NCBI GenBank assembly: GCA_964106915.2
Contig: OZ066917.1
Strand: one strand, 5' to 3'
Length of the DNA: 64,000 nt
Source of the DNA: Podarcis gaigeae
Lineage: Eukaryota
Position numbers and translations under genes: made by a program
The notes under the pieces: generated by a model
Databases searched by the model: none
What the model saw: only the letters and a program-made list of their open reading frames with translations
What the model was told of the DNA's origin: nothing
Shown here: positions 1-13,887 of the stretch, in pieces
How the letters are laid out: each line of letters begins with the position of its first letter
How positions within the stretch are numbered: the first letter of the stretch is position 1

Positions 1-3000
1 TCTTGCCCATGAAATGGCTTGAAGTTTTCCCTCTGTTCCCCTATGTCCAAAACCTCCAGGAACTAATATACAACTGGAATAAAATACAAAATGCAAGCAC
101 AGAAGCAGATGAGAAGATAGAATGGCGAGTTAGTTTAACATATTACTTGGGGGGGGGGTGACATGTATGTACAGGAACAGCAGCAAGACCTCACTGTACA
201 CAAAAGCTTTCAGCTTGTTCAGATTTCTGATCCAAGAGTAATATGGCTATGATACAACTAAATTCGCATCATGAAAACTGGACAGTACAAATACATCATA
301 ATCACCATACAGCAAATCAGTTCTGCTTCAAATACTGTAGATCTCTATAAACATTCACCAGATTGTTCAAGTTACTCCAGAGTTTCTAGTCACAAATTAC
401 AGACCAAAATGCCTAAGTGTACAGTGTACACACATTATGAATCCTAGCCAGTGCTTTGAATTGTAAACTTGAAATAATGGAAGCATTCAGAAAGGCTTCC
501 ACTATATTTTAATGAAAATATACACTTTAAAACACATTTGTTTTATTTTAATTTATGCCATTTGACAAATTTGTGCAAAACAAACTAGACTAGGCATATT
601 CTAAAACACAAGGCATTTGCAATCAGTTTAAGTCATCCTTCTTGTTATCCCTTAACAACCCATCAACATTGCATTTGTCAAGTGTTCAGTTTTAAAATTC
701 CATGTCTACATGGCATTTTATGTACATATTAAGAGTCTCAGAACAAATTGTAAGTTTTGCAGAAAGCTTTGCTTTAAATTAACATGTTCACAATCATAGT
801 ATCAGTTCAGCATGCATAAGCTCTAAATACAGGTATCCCAATGCTTAAGGCACAGCTTTCCAAACTGTGTGTCACGGCACGCTAGTGTGTCAGCTGCAGT
901 GTGTAGGTATATTGCGTGAACACTCCCTGTGCTCCTCCCAGGGCTGGAAAGGGGTTAGTTTAATCTTCAGTTTGCTGGTAAAACTGAATAACTGTGTTGT
1001 GAAATGATGTGTGTCTAAGAAGTGTGTCACCAACATGAAAAGTTTGGAAAGCCCTGGCTCAAGGTCTAATGTGAGTTTTTAACAAATCTAAGTGTCTTTG
1101 TACAATATATTTGCAAAGGAATAAACTAACAAAAGCAAGCACTTGAAATTATAAAACAACAAGGTATTGGAACTGGAAACTTTTAAAATTATTTGAGGTT
1201 AAGAACGAGACCATCACTTACTCTGCTTTGCATAGTTTTTGCCAGGCTTGGTGGAATTTCACTGGATTCTCAACCTCTGTATTATTTTCAAGGTCTGTTG
1301 AATCTATATACTAATTAAGAAAACACACACATACTCACATTCATGTGTAAGACAATACAATTATTTTCATATAATGATCTTCATACTCTATAACTAAGGA
1401 AAAAACTATAGGCAATTCCAGTGAAGGGAAAACTGAATACATGAAAAATACCATCGCCTCAGAATGGTACATACTTTTTCCCACAGATGACTAGGATTGC
1501 TGTAATTTAAACAACATGAAAGCTTTGCTATGCTACAAAACTATATTGTATCACTATATTCCCTTTTAACTTTCTGATAGAAAATGCCTGAAGCAGTTAT
1601 TTTACGTTTTTTGTTTTTCCAAATGATGGAAAGGCAAGTGTGGAGGAACTTTCAGCCTGGAGGACAAGCTTGAACCATTAGGGGGTCCAGTTTGGCCTGT
1701 GAAGCCATTTCCCCCCAAACCATGCCCACCTATCAATCAGCTGATATCACCCATGACATCAGCTGGGGGAGGGAAGGCAGGGTTCCATTTTGCATTGGCT
1801 GCAGGTGCCTGTTCCCAATAGCAATTAGCTGATGAGTGGGGGTGAGATCCTGCTTAGGTTATGTGCCAGGCACATGCAGCCAAAGAAAGCCTGTAAAATG
1901 CAGAAGCTTGCTGCTATCAATACTTCACATAAATGCTCCAAGGCTGGCATAGTTTGATCTCCTTGTTTGGGGCTGCGGTGGGGGATTGAGAAGTTGCTGG
2001 ATCTTTTGGATCCAAATCTTCCTCTGGTCCTCGCATGGCACACATCCCATTGACACTACTGACACTGCAGCTATAGGCCACGGATGTTTCTATGGGGAGG
2101 TGTCATCCAATACTGCATATTCCCCTCTTTCCTCTGAACTCTCTTTACTGCTTTGGAAAGTGAGATCTGATGTTTCCTATAAATACTGAAATGCTCTCCT
2201 GGGGAACACAGGAGTGCAGAGTTAAAACCACAGTCCACAGAACACTTACACCTAAAGTAGATTAGCCAGTTGAAAAATTTTAAGTGTAAATGGATATTCC
2301 TAGTCATATGTTAAATCAATGCCTTAGTACTTAATGCTGCAAATAGGCTTAATGAAGTCAACAAATATCCATGTTAGTATTTGTTAAATGTATGCAATTC
2401 CCTTCATAATGAACAAATCCAGTTAAGGGAATTACTGTATCGTTTTTCAAAATAAACATCATGTTCAAGTCACTCCATAGTTCTATGCCCATTAAGTTAT
2501 AATCAACTTATCCTTTATTTCTAAGCAATATTCATGAAGTGAAAGCCTAGCTATTAAGTAAGGAAGGAGAATGCAAAGAACGGAAGCAAGGTACCATATT
2601 TTTCCATGTATAAGATGATTTTTTTGCTAAATTATGTCTTATACGTGGAAAAATACAGTCTCTCTCTTTCAGCAACACAGAGACCAAGATTTCCTTGATC
2701 TTCCCAGCTGCAGTGAAAGCTTCCGCCACCAAAGACATGTTTCCACATGGGAGGCAGGCACAGCTCCCCGCAAGTGTCGCCTCCTCCTTCTCCTCCCCCC
2801 CTCCCCAGATGCACGTGCCGCTCTCTCTCGCACACACATGGGTACTGGGTAGCGCAATGCCGCGAACTGTGCAAGGTTAAGGGCAGCAGCTGGAGCACTG
2901 CAAGGAAAGTGCATCCTCTTTGCTTGGCAGGCGGCATTGGAGAAACATAGCAAGTGCGCACAGCTGCCTAGGGAGACTTAAGACTTGGGTTTTTAAAAAA

Positions 3001-6000
3001 GGGGGGTCTTATACATGGAAAAATACGGTAAGTCCTCACCATTAAATTGAGTCTGTGGTTAATTGCTAGGGCTGAATGTTCTAGGGCCTTGAAAACAGAG
3101 GTATAGCAATCACTCAGCTTTGTATACTTGCCAACCAGAGCTACAGAACAGGTCTTCAACATCCTTTCATACCTGACAATATAAAAGATCAATCAATGTG
3201 CAAATTTCCACAAGGAAGGGAGGAGGAAACATTTTTTCTTATATTTAGTAAGTCACTAAACCACTTATAAACTTGAATTACCTTTGGTCTAAATAGCTAT
3301 TTCTTACATATGGTTTTTTATTAAAAAAAACACATGGAAAAACATAATCTGAAGTGCTGTAAATTCAGATTCCTAAGACCTCTTTTACTAGGCTCCAGCC
3401 AATAAGCAGGACAAAGTGCTCTGTCTCAGATGGGAGATTTTGGACTATCATTAAAACCGATTCCTATGAATTCGGGGGAAAGGAAAGAAAGACAGAACAA
3501 AGAGATCCAACACGTGATTATTGATGATGGTATGGAAATAATTCTCATGCGGAGCCTGACTGATTCAGTAGTTACTGGGTATCACAAGTGGGGAGGGTGC
3601 TGCTGCTCTCTGGTTCTGCTCATGGGCTTCATCCAGGCATCTGGTTGGCCCCTGTGAGAACAGGGTGCTTAACTAATGGGCCTTTGACCTGATCCAGCAG
3701 GAATCTGAAGTTTTAAGAAGTAGAAATCAGCAAAGATCTTTCCCTCATACTTTCCTAATCAGTATTTACAGTGACGGGGATGCAAAATTGGGTACAGAAA
3801 TCAGAGAGGACAAGCTGGATACAATTTACCTTGCTAAGTCATATAAAACCTTTGTTTCAGTGTTCATTGTCCAAAATGACACATTTCAGGTTTAAGAAAT
3901 CATATTAACCTATGAACAAGTCTTACTAAGCCATTTCCCAGGATTATATATTAGCCCTGGGAGCACACTATAACTACTGTCTTGCTACAGTCATCACAAA
4001 ACTAACAGACCCTAAAAATTATGCCTGCATGTTGAGTTATTTACTACAGTGCAGCAAATAGATTTGCAAGTGCAAAGTAAAAAGAAGAAGAAGAAACAGA
4101 AGAACAGTACCTATCTGCCATTTTCTTCCATTTGAAAAGAAGATCACTTGGCTGGTCATCAATTGGCAAATTCAGCCTCTCTTTAAAATATTTAATTATC
4201 CCTTGCTCTTCCAGCAGAAGAGGCACTCGGTAAGTGGAAGAAACATCATGGATGAATATTACCTATGAAACATAAAATTTAAATTACTGATACGTGAAAC
4301 TTAAAATTGAAAGATACAGTACATCCATACAAATCATATACAATCATATAGCTATTTTAAAAATTTGCTAAAAAGGAAAAAAATACTTTAAAGTTGGTTA
4401 TCATTTTAATTAATTAATCAGTTCAATTAATTCATTAAAAAGTGCCCCAAATGAATCTGATACATGGCTCTTCTGCTATGGTGCCTAGTGCAACATATGC
4501 ACAGATAATCTAAACACAAAGGCCTGATTCACACATCACACCAAGCAAAGCCAATGTCAGGAGACGAGCTCAAAGGTGCTGCATGTTGCACTGAACTAAT
4601 GCAAGCTGGAACTAATATTTGTTCTTTGTTAAAACTTGTGATTGTTCTGGACCCCAGGTTTCTGAGTGCTCATGTATAACACTGCACCGCAAATAAGCTT
4701 GTAATATACTGGCCATCCAATATGAATTATTATTTTTAACGCTAAACAATTGCACTTCCTGCAAACCCAAATTGGGGGGGGGGAATCTGATGGGTCCAGT
4801 ATTTTAACTTGCATTGAGAAGGCATAATTTTCTATCAAACACATAAAGGGCCTGCTGGATCAGGCCAATGGCTTGTCTAGTCCAGCATCCTATTCTCACA
4901 GTGGCCAACCAGATGCCTGTGAAAAATCAGGAAGCAGAGCATGAGCACAAGAGCACTCTCCCCTCCTGCAATTTCCAGCAAGTGGTACTGAGACACATTT
5001 CACCTCCATCTGAGGAGGTAGAAAATGGTCACGATGGCTAGTAGCCATTGATAACCCTCTCCTCTATGGATTTGTCTAATCCTCTTTTAAAGCCATCTTT
5101 GCCTCTTAGGAGAGTGAGTGCTGGTGTTAAAAGAGAGGGGGGGGAACTTTTCTCTTTCTCCGTGCTATGCATAATTTTATAAACTTCTATTATGTCACCT
5201 CTTCCTTTGAGTTATCAGCCTCTAAACAAACAATTGCACTGGCGGGGCGGGAGGGAACTCATGAATCTGTTTTCATTTCATGGTTAGATAGTAAATTTTT
5301 AATCTGCAGGCTTGTCTAAGAATGCAACACTGACCTCTGCTGGGATGTAATGGGAGTCTGATTTCTGAATAAGTTGATTGTCCTAGTGATGAACAGCACA
5401 ATCACCTGATTACATTTAAGTAAATCACGCTGAATTCAAGGAGGATTACTCCCAGACAAATAAAGCTAGGTTTGTAGCCTATATTACTGTATGTAACATA
5501 ATGCATAAACTATTATAAATTACAGAATAAAGGAATCCTGAAAATAACTATTTACTTTTTGATTATCTCAATGAGCTGCTGTTTGTCCCCCGCAACCTGC
5601 CTCCAATGTCCCACATACTCGGTCACATGAACTAAAAATAAAACACCTAGAAAATGATTGCAGACATTAGAACAACTGTGACTGTTAAAAGACGTTACCA
5701 ACCTGTTCAGGTTCCACATGGCAAAACATGGAAATCTTTTCTTTCACAGCCATTTCTATAGGTTTAGTACTTCTGCAGACTATCTGTCAAAAATACAAAT
5801 CTACAGATAAGCAGCACAAATTGCGAAAAGACCAACATCTTCCTCCTTTTTATTTATTTAAATTATTAACATAATATTTAAATGTCCTGTTTTCTATGGA
5901 AGAAAAAACACACTCCCATTGAACAACTTACAGTCAAACAACAGCATCTTATCATCTAAACGGTTATAAGTTTCTTTTTCTGCCTACAGTGAGTTGCTCT

Positions 6001-9000
6001 GCATGAGCAGGGGATACACAAATTGCCTCCATGTTAAGAGCTTTTCTGATTGAAATAAATGGACATGTTAAACGTCTATATACTGGGGCCCCGCTTCCAT
6101 GTCTTGTACTTTTGTCAGAGAACATTCAATAATATATGTTCCCTGTTTTTGGAGGGGAGGGGGTTCACTGACTAATAAATAAGCAAAGCAGATTGGATCC
6201 AGAATTTGCCCTCCACATGTGGAAAAGCTCTTTCTATCCAATGGAAATATTTTGTGGATGGAGACGTGCTGTGAGGTGTTGCTGGGGCTGCAGAGCGATG
6301 AGTAAATCGGCAAATGTTGCCTGCTCACACCTCACCTTTCCAGGACAAAAATTACCCCCTAGTGGAACTCTACTCACAAAACACGCCTAAGGGAGTGAAG
6401 TCCAGATCCGAACCAATATGCACAGCCAAAGATTTAAGGCAAGCCCTTGAAGTAGAAAACTTATATGCATGTCTGTTTAAGGTACTTAACTTCACCATAA
6501 TTAAGTGTGAAGTACAATAAGTGGAAAACCAAACGGGCACAAAGTTTAGCTTAACATTCTAGCTTAACATTCCATTAGCATATTACCTGTTCCATTTGCT
6601 GTATTTAACAAAGTATTTGGATTCTGAACACATTTTCATGATTTTATTGAACACATTCCTATTCAAACCTGACAGGAGCAGCTGGTGGATTGGATTCACC
6701 ACTGTGCCAACTTCCCTGCCATCTCTCACAAACAACCTCTTGATAAGTGCAGTGACGATGCTGAAGAGAGACTAGGTATGTCGTAATGCCCCCCCCCCCC
6801 CCGTCACTCCTGCTGCCTGAGTTATATTGCTACCTTTATACTGGTCTTCCTTTCTAACATGATATTGTAAAATTTTATCAAACTCACCAAGTCAGGAGAA
6901 AGGCCAAGCCCTCTTAAAGCCCGGACACTATTCTGAGTAGGCTTTGTTTTCTGTTCTCCGGTAGCATTAGGCTGAAAAATAAATGTTTTGAATAAATGTT
7001 TTGTGCAATCTGATAGGCAACTATATTAATATGCATGGAAGCCACTAAAGTAGCTATTTCTCTGCTTTAATGACTTGTTCTATCGTTGCCCGAGCACAAA
7101 CGTCCACAGTAGGAGTTGTACACTACTTTGTCTCATTAGTATGAAGCCACAGACCCATGTTGGACATCTCTAAAAAGGAGTGATACAGTCTCCCAGACTT
7201 TCTAAAGCATATCTTCAAACAGAGTAACCTGTCTACAGCTAATGAAATATTTTATATTAAATGATTGCTTAAAATCTGTTATAAGGCTCAGTGCCATCCA
7301 TCTAAAATGTTTAGGTTTTATTCTATTTCACCAGCTGTAATAAATGTTTAGCTTCTCAAACCTTCCCCAAAAGATACTATATTTTTTGCAACCAAACCTA
7401 GGGTGAGAATAAGAGGAACAGGCATCAGCGCATCTATCACCAAGTTAATGTAATTTGCTCGTTGTTCACGGTCCTTAAAAATACCCTATATGAATATTTC
7501 CCCCAAAAAATTAGATGTGTAAAACAATAATGCACAATAAAGTATGAAAATGACTTACTTGTGGTACAAGGCTGACATGGATATTGCAGAAGTTCTCTCT
7601 TTTGGCCTTAAATTGAAATTGCCGGAAAGCTTCTACAAAAGGCATTCCTTCAATATCTCCAATAGTTCCACCCAGCTGAAAAGGAATATCTATAGTCAAC
7701 TAGTTTGAGCAACACGAAAGGAAATTGACTTCTATCACCTCTTTATGCTTCAATTTTAGTTTAGTGTTGCTTTTTTAAAAAAAGGAAAGAACTACCATCC
7801 TATGCAGAGTGCCAAAAATAACATAGGTCAATGAGTGGTGGCTACTGACTGATATGACAACTGTTTCTGTAATGCAACCCACGTATGTAATAGCAATAAA
7901 TAATGATTGTTTAATGATTATTTCCTTGCAGTTATTCAAAGTAGCTTTAGAATGACAGAATAAAACCAATGAGGAAAAACACTCTGCATTCACATAATAA
8001 AACAAACCGTGTCTTTATCCACTATTTCACATAATTTCTTACTTACCTCAATTACACATATCTGTGGTTCTTTCTTATCAGCATCCACAGGAACCTTTGC
8101 CTGATTCATTACCCATTCTTGAACAGCATCAGTAATATGTGGGACAACTGCAAGGCAAACCAAATGCTAGAAAAGGCGAAAAATGCATGACAAGATACAA
8201 CTCTGTTCTAAGTAAAAATCAGATGCAATCCAATTAAATTAGAATAAAAAGATAGCATTTAAAGCTATAGCAAATTCCTTTCATATATGAATCTGAAAAG
8301 GTCCCTCAAAAACTCCAAAGTAAAAAAGAATAAATGAAGGGAAAATAAAGTACAAATGCAACGGATGATATCTAAGAGGAGCATCCCACTTGTGCAACAG
8401 ACTACTTCTTGCACAAACATGATTTCCTCTTTAGGAAGCAGGAAACAATATGCTTAGAGGGTTGGGGGACTATCTGATGCAACCTGGGGGAAAGCTAACA
8501 GGGTGATTCAGGAGGGAGAAAAGGAATGAGAAATCCCACAGTATCAGCTAGTGAAATGTTGGAACTCACAAAATTTGGGCTGGTTTTATACTATTAGAAA
8601 CACTGGTAAAGTGGGTTTGAACACTTCTGCATAAGATTTTTAAAACATGCCTCTGTAAATACTGTACATACGTCGTCATCATTTGCTTTCAACATTTTGA
8701 ACAGTTTTATTGCTACTTGGCATCCAGAAAAGGTTATGCATTTAAATAAGAAAACAGTATCGCAGAGACAAATATGGCAACAGTGGGATGCCAGCCCTGC
8801 AAAGATTATTTCATCAGTCAAATACATTAGGTGTGTGTTTTGAACACTAAGCTAATAAATAAAGATTTTTTAAAAAACTTTTGGCAATTATACCACACTT
8901 TGGTTATAAGACACTAAACTAATCCATATGAGGATGACTGAAGACTTTGGATTTGGAAGTCCTATGATCAAACCTCTGCTCAAAGATCACTGGGTGGCCT

Positions 9001-12000
9001 TGGTCAAATCACAATCTCTCAGTCTAATCTAACACCCAGGGGTTGTTGTCAACAAGATAAATTGGGATCACGATAGAGGGAGGAAGGGAGGGCAGAATAG
9101 AAATATGATAAAGCACCTTGAACTGTTTTCCCCATGTAATCTCCATGCCTTTCTTTATTGATGACATGCTGATAGATCTTTCCAGTGGTGATGTTGTTAT
9201 CCTTGTAAAGGTTAATATCCAAGAATCGTTCATAGTTTCCCAAGTCAAGGTCAACTTCTCCACCATCGTTTAGCACAAAAACTTCACCTAAAGAAACAAA
9301 TCATGCTTTTACATATTTTGGTGAAACATACATTTTTATTCTTCAATCTCACAATGTTATGCACAAACATATATTTCAAGTACATCCGTTCTATATGTCC
9401 AAATTAAAGAATATGCCTTTTATGTTTGACTGTGAACCAAGAGCTTTTACTAGTTTCAGTGCACAGAGAAGTAAAGGTCTGCTCTAAGTACGTTTAAAAA
9501 AAATAAATCAAAGTCAATACAAAAGTAACAAGAAGCACAAAAACATAAAATAAGACAGAAGGCCAAGTTACTTTTAGGAGACACAGTACATATTTCAAAA
9601 GTACTGATGTTGAACGGAGGTAATTTCTTAGTAGAAGAAAGGCAATGTATAATGGTTAAAAATAAGCTAAAAACAAAACTAATTTCCACTAGCAGATGCA
9701 TTGTAAACAACTTGGAGAAATCTTAATATTTTAGTAAAATACTATTTTACTAAAATCATGGGGGGGAAATCATTTGGTAAAAATATGCAAATCCATGTAA
9801 TTACATGAACATTCATTATATATTAGAATGAGGCTGAAAAGGGATTTCCATTTCCCCACACTGTTTTTCTGTTCTGGGCCTATCATATATCCTTAATGCC
9901 CTGACACATTTTCTTCTTGTGTGCTTGGGTCAAGGAGAAATTAACTAACACAAAAAGAATGATTAGCTCAGCAGAAAGGCCACCTTGCATCATCTCTTAC
10001 AAAATAAAAATAATTAGTTAAGTCATAAAATATATTCCATGATCTGCATTACCATGGTCAGCTACCTCTACCAGAAATCGTATGTCACAGATGTCAGTGC
10101 CAAAGGCTACTGTTAAAAATTCACCTACTACATTAGGTCTAATATAAAATGCATCACATTTTACAGCTAGCTCTTTTGAGTGATTCTATGCTGTTGAGAT
10201 TCTTAACAATAAATCTCAAATTAATTACCCTGTAAAGTATGAGGATAAAAATCCTACAAATTAGTCGTTCCGTCTTAGTAGCTATGTCCTTGTAACCTCT
10301 GTCTGCAAGTTACCGTAATACCTTTTCTTTTATCCGCAACATTATATTAGTTCAAAAGTCCGAGTTATTCTAGTAAACCTGATTAGAACCACATAGAAAA
10401 CAGAGGCCCAAATTAGACATGATTGTGATAGACCTGTCTTCAAATATGGACTGGCCTCAATAGTGGAAAACACTTGATTTATAATGCAAAAGGAACACAT
10501 GGGTGGGGGATATTGAACTTTCCCCATCAGCTACTCCCAAAGTTCATCAAACCCTGGGAGACCTTTCCTCCAAACAGGCTCAAATAGTAAAAGTGATCCT
10601 GTCTGAAAGAAAAAGTCACTGGGGGTGAGTGAGGCCAAGGTTCAGAATCACCAAACCGCACACCATTCTGGTGCTTTAAATCTAACCCCTCAGTTTATAT
10701 TGTTACATAGGTTGCACGCCAACCCCCAAACTCTGCTGAGTGGTAGCAAGATTACAGGGGGTTCCAGGTGCTCACCACAGGTTTGTGTTTCTGCTGAGAA
10801 TCAAGATGTGGCAGCATATGATTTATTCACATATTTATACCTGAATTTGGATGGAGGGAGTTCAGATCTTACAGCATGGTCATCTCAAGAGGGGTTTGTT
10901 CCCCACAGCACTGCAACACTGGACTCCAAGGCATCTCTCCCAGCCTGCGTTCAGCCAGTCTACCAAGCCTTTGCTCTCCTTCTTCCCAGCACACCTCTTG
11001 CCCAAATAACTCCTCCTCATCCATCTGCTATTCCAAACCTAGTTTTCTACAGGAACATTTTTCCTGTGAGTACAACCTGCCCCCTCCCTGTCATCTAAGT
11101 AACTCCTGTCTGCCCAGGCCCAAGGATTCCTCTTGGATGTGGGTCATCAACACCTTTTGTCATGTTAACCTCTTTGGAGGTTACTTGGAAAGGAAGCTTA
11201 GCCTGTATTTTTCCACTGGCCTGGAATCTTCCCTTCAGTAGTACAAATATTAACTAGATTCTGACATTCATTAATTTCATGGGTTTAGGGGGATCTCTCC
11301 TCTCCCTCCAAATTTATGACAATATATAACTGGTTTACATCAACATCAAAAGTTATGCAGGCTTAGGCTGGATCAGAGGTTACTAGTGATAATCAAAGCA
11401 AGAGCAACGCCTCCCCCTTCCCCTAATTCTCATATGTCATGAGTCAAGAAACTCTGTAGAGACCAAATAAAATTCAGAAATCTCTATACACAGTTCAGAT
11501 GTTTCAGAAAAAAACCCAGTGCATAAGGACAGAAGATGGGTAATGATGTAGGAGGGCTGGCAGGAGAAGAACTAGATCCTAACAAATGTGAACCAATCTT
11601 ACACAAGATTAACACATGTTAAAGTAGATATTACACTGGGCAGTTGACTGAGAGAAATGCAAGATAAGTGTGTTTACTGAGACATAAGTCCTACCGAGTT
11701 CAATGAGACTTACTCGTAGTTAAATGTGCATTGGATTGCAGTTTTAGGAGCCTCATTGAACTCAGCATGACTTCTGTTTCTACAGTCATGCATAAATACA
11801 ATACTGAAGTATCTATATATCTATACAGCTTCATATTCCAAAAAAGAAAAAGGGATCAATTTCTCAATAAAAAGGAATGCAACCAAATTTGCAGGGAAAA
11901 GAAGTTTGTGTCACTCGTACCATGTTCATATGGCGAGAAGGTTCCAGCATCTATGTTAATGTAAGGATCTATTTTGATTGCAGTAACTCGTAGACCGCAT

Positions 12001-12086
12001 GATTTCAAGATGGTGCCTATGCTGCTTGCAATAATTCCTTTACCAATGCCTGAGATGACACCACCAGTTACCAGGATGTACTTCAT
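1..12086 (-). CDS. CTPS2: CTP synthase 2, 5' part (3'-partial). Coding exons on the minus strand: 12086-11921, 9287-9117, 8147-8047, 7675-7559, 6971-6888, 5783-5703, 4262-4111, 3172-3040, 1310-1222, 73-<1
   Basis: Spliced translation reads [56 protein letters not shown]...[22 protein letters not shown]...[10 protein letters not shown]...[14 protein letters not shown]...ILVPGGFG. Exon sizes are 166/171/101/117/84/81/152/133/89, all GT-AG and phase-consistent. CTPS2-type residues ([19 protein letters not shown]) and adjacency to SYAP1 favour CTPS2 over CTPS1. Confidence 0.96.
851..1056. mobile_element. hAT-type MITE (206 bp)
   Basis: Imperfect TIRs CACAGCTTTCCAAACT / AGTTTGGAAAGCCCTG; 8-bp TSD gcttaagg (843-850) / gctcaagg (1057-1064). 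Confidence 0.75.
2594..3028. mobile_element. Tc1/mariner-pogo-type MITE (435 bp)
   Basis: TIRs CCATATTTTTCCATGTATAAGA / TCTTATACATGGAAAAATACGG, flanked by TA on both sides; internal extra TIR copy at 2637-2658. Confidence 0.8.
3610..3705 (+). mobile_element. CR1-type LINE 3' tail fragment
   Basis: ggcatctggttggcc-ctgtgagaacagg...gacctgatccagcagg; same family as the reverse-oriented copies at 4845 and 51243. Confidence 0.6.
4845..5200 (-). mobile_element. CR1-type LINE 3' fragment
   Basis: gcctgctggatcaggccaatgg...tagtccagcatcct...gtctaatcctcttttaaagcc; clearly homologous to 51243-51465. Confidence 0.7.
8930..9070 (+). mobile_element. Degenerate CORE/MIR-like SINE (related fragment at ~13095-13155)
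   Basis: ctgggtggccttggtcaaatcacaatctctcagtctaatcta...gggttgttgt core-like motif. Confidence 0.45.
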
Positions 12087-12371
12087 GGGATAATTATGGA
12101 TACACTGTGGTACTTGAGCTTGAAATCTAAAAATGAAGAGTTAAAAGTGAACTTATGAAATACTATGAATTTCCCTATACTATGAAATAGCTGGAGCTAT
12201 TTTCAATATGGAAAAGTATTTTTCACGCTTTTCATGGAACTCCCTGTGAAATTTATGTTGTTCTAAAATTCTTCACTGACACCAGAAGACAGCAATATAA
12301 ATAGGTTCAAGGAAGGACAGATAAATTTCTAAAGACAGGACCTTCAACATCACCAGCAACAAGGCAGACTT

Positions 12372-12434
12372 AACAATTTCAGGTTAAGAATGGACCTCCA
12401 GAATGAATTAAGTTCTTAACCTGAAGTACCACTG
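12372..12434. mobile_element. Right-end fragment of the same MITE family as 32797-33016
   Basis: tttcaggttaagaatggacctccagaatgaattaagttcttaacctgaagtaccactg+TA aligns with the end of the 32797-33016 element. Confidence 0.75.
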
Positions 12435-12804
12435 TATTCCTAATGACAGGAATCATATCGACAATCCACAAATTTATGTGCTAAGTTAATGACAGCTATG
12501 TAGCCAAAACTGGGCTAATGAAAAAGAAGAGAGAGGGTGCCTCAAAGCTTACAATAGTAGAAAAAAATCTTTTTAACAATAAATGTTAAAGTGGTGGGGG
12601 GAAACATAACAGTTCAATGAGGACTGCGTATAGTGAGGAGCCACAGATTGCTAAACTTGATTGGGAGCAACAGAATGGAGAATTCTGAAAGAAGGTATGG
12701 CTGGCTCCCTAAAACCTTGAACAAGGAACTCCAAAGGGTCCACTCACAGTACAGTACTCTTGTTCTTGGACATGAGGCATTGCGAAAGGCAAAATACTGA
12801 GCTA

Positions 12805-12875
12805 AATGGACAGTGGTGGAGCATATGCTTTGCTTGCAGAAGGTCTCAGGTCTAATCCCTGGCATCTCTGGGAAA
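12805..12875 (+). mobile_element. tRNA-derived SINE head, degenerate (related copy ~37445-37575)
   Basis: cagtggtggagcatatgctttgcttgcagaaggtctcaggtctaatccctggcatctc has A/B-box-like motifs but no intact cloverleaf. Confidence 0.55.
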
Positions 12876-13299
12876 AACACTTATCTGGCATCCTAGGGAA
12901 CAGTGGCAATGCCAGGGATGAGGCCCTCCAGATGGGTTTTAATTATCCACAGTTTTAATTCTCCACCCTTGCAACGAATTATTTATTAACAAATAAATAC
13001 TTGTTTTGTGGCGCAGCAGTGCACTTTTTTTAAAAGCGCCAAAGCTGAACAACCATGTATAATAGTGCAGCGGTTGTACTGTTGGGGCACAGCAAGGGCT
13101 GGGCCAGTCACCATATCCCAGGTCAACCTACCTCACAGGGTTGTTTGGAGGGCGAACCGCGGAACAATAAAAACAATCAATAAATAATCTCGCTCTGGAA
13201 GGGACTCTATGATAAAGTGTGGCGTATTAAAAGAATCTCTCTTCCCGGGAATTTGAGGGTGGGCGGTAGTTGAGGAACTGAACCCGAATCCTGCACCTG

Positions 13300-13880
13300 T
13301 TATCGCCGTCGCGGAGAGGAGGGAGCCAAGCAAGGAGGAGGCCCGAAGCTTTGCTTTGCCTGCTCTAGGAACCAACCCCCCAGGAGCCAGCCGCCATGGC
13401 CGCGGGACGGGGCGCCCACTGCGACCCAGGGGGCGGGAGAGGGACTTGGCCGGCGCTTCTCCTCCTGCCGCCGCCGCGGGGCCTCTCGGGTGACGCGGGG
13501 GCCTCCCGTGGTCGCTCAGGAGAGCCAGCGCGCTCGCCCTGGCGGGGAGGCCCGAGAGGCCGCTTACCTGCGCCCGGCGCACTCCTAGAAGCGGCGTCGC
13601 CGTCGCAGCCAAGTTCCCCGGCCGTCGCCACCTCCTCCCCGCCGGCTGGTTGCAAGGAGACGGCCGCTTTCGCAGGAGCCCTATCCCAAGCGGCCGCTAG
13701 AGGCGGGGGGGGGGGGCTCAAAACTCTCAAGCCCAGCCGCTGTTGTTTTTTTCCTTCAGAAAAGGAAAACGGGTCCCTGAGGCGCAGAAGTCCTGCCTTC
13801 TTAACCCCAGAAGGAATGAGGCGGAATGCGCTCTGCACGCGCACAGAGGCAGCGCCGTTTGCCGCCACCCATTCCCACCA
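13300..13880 (-). promoter_or_regulatory. CTPS2: CTPS2 CpG-island promoter and non-coding exon 1 (donor CAG|gtaagc, exon ends at 13568; splices to the acceptor at 12126, 40 nt upstream of the ATG)
   Basis: CpG-dense GC-rich block with a consensus minus-strand donor at 13562-13570. Polypyrimidine-AG acceptor at 12127-12140. The TSS is not determinable. Confidence 0.75.
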
Positions 13881-13887
13881 CCCTTCT

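Noticed and set aside
1-13568. Absence of S100G, which is nested in human CTPS2
   Set aside because: As I recall, S100G lies in a more 3' CTPS2 intron that would fall left of this window, so no inference is possible.
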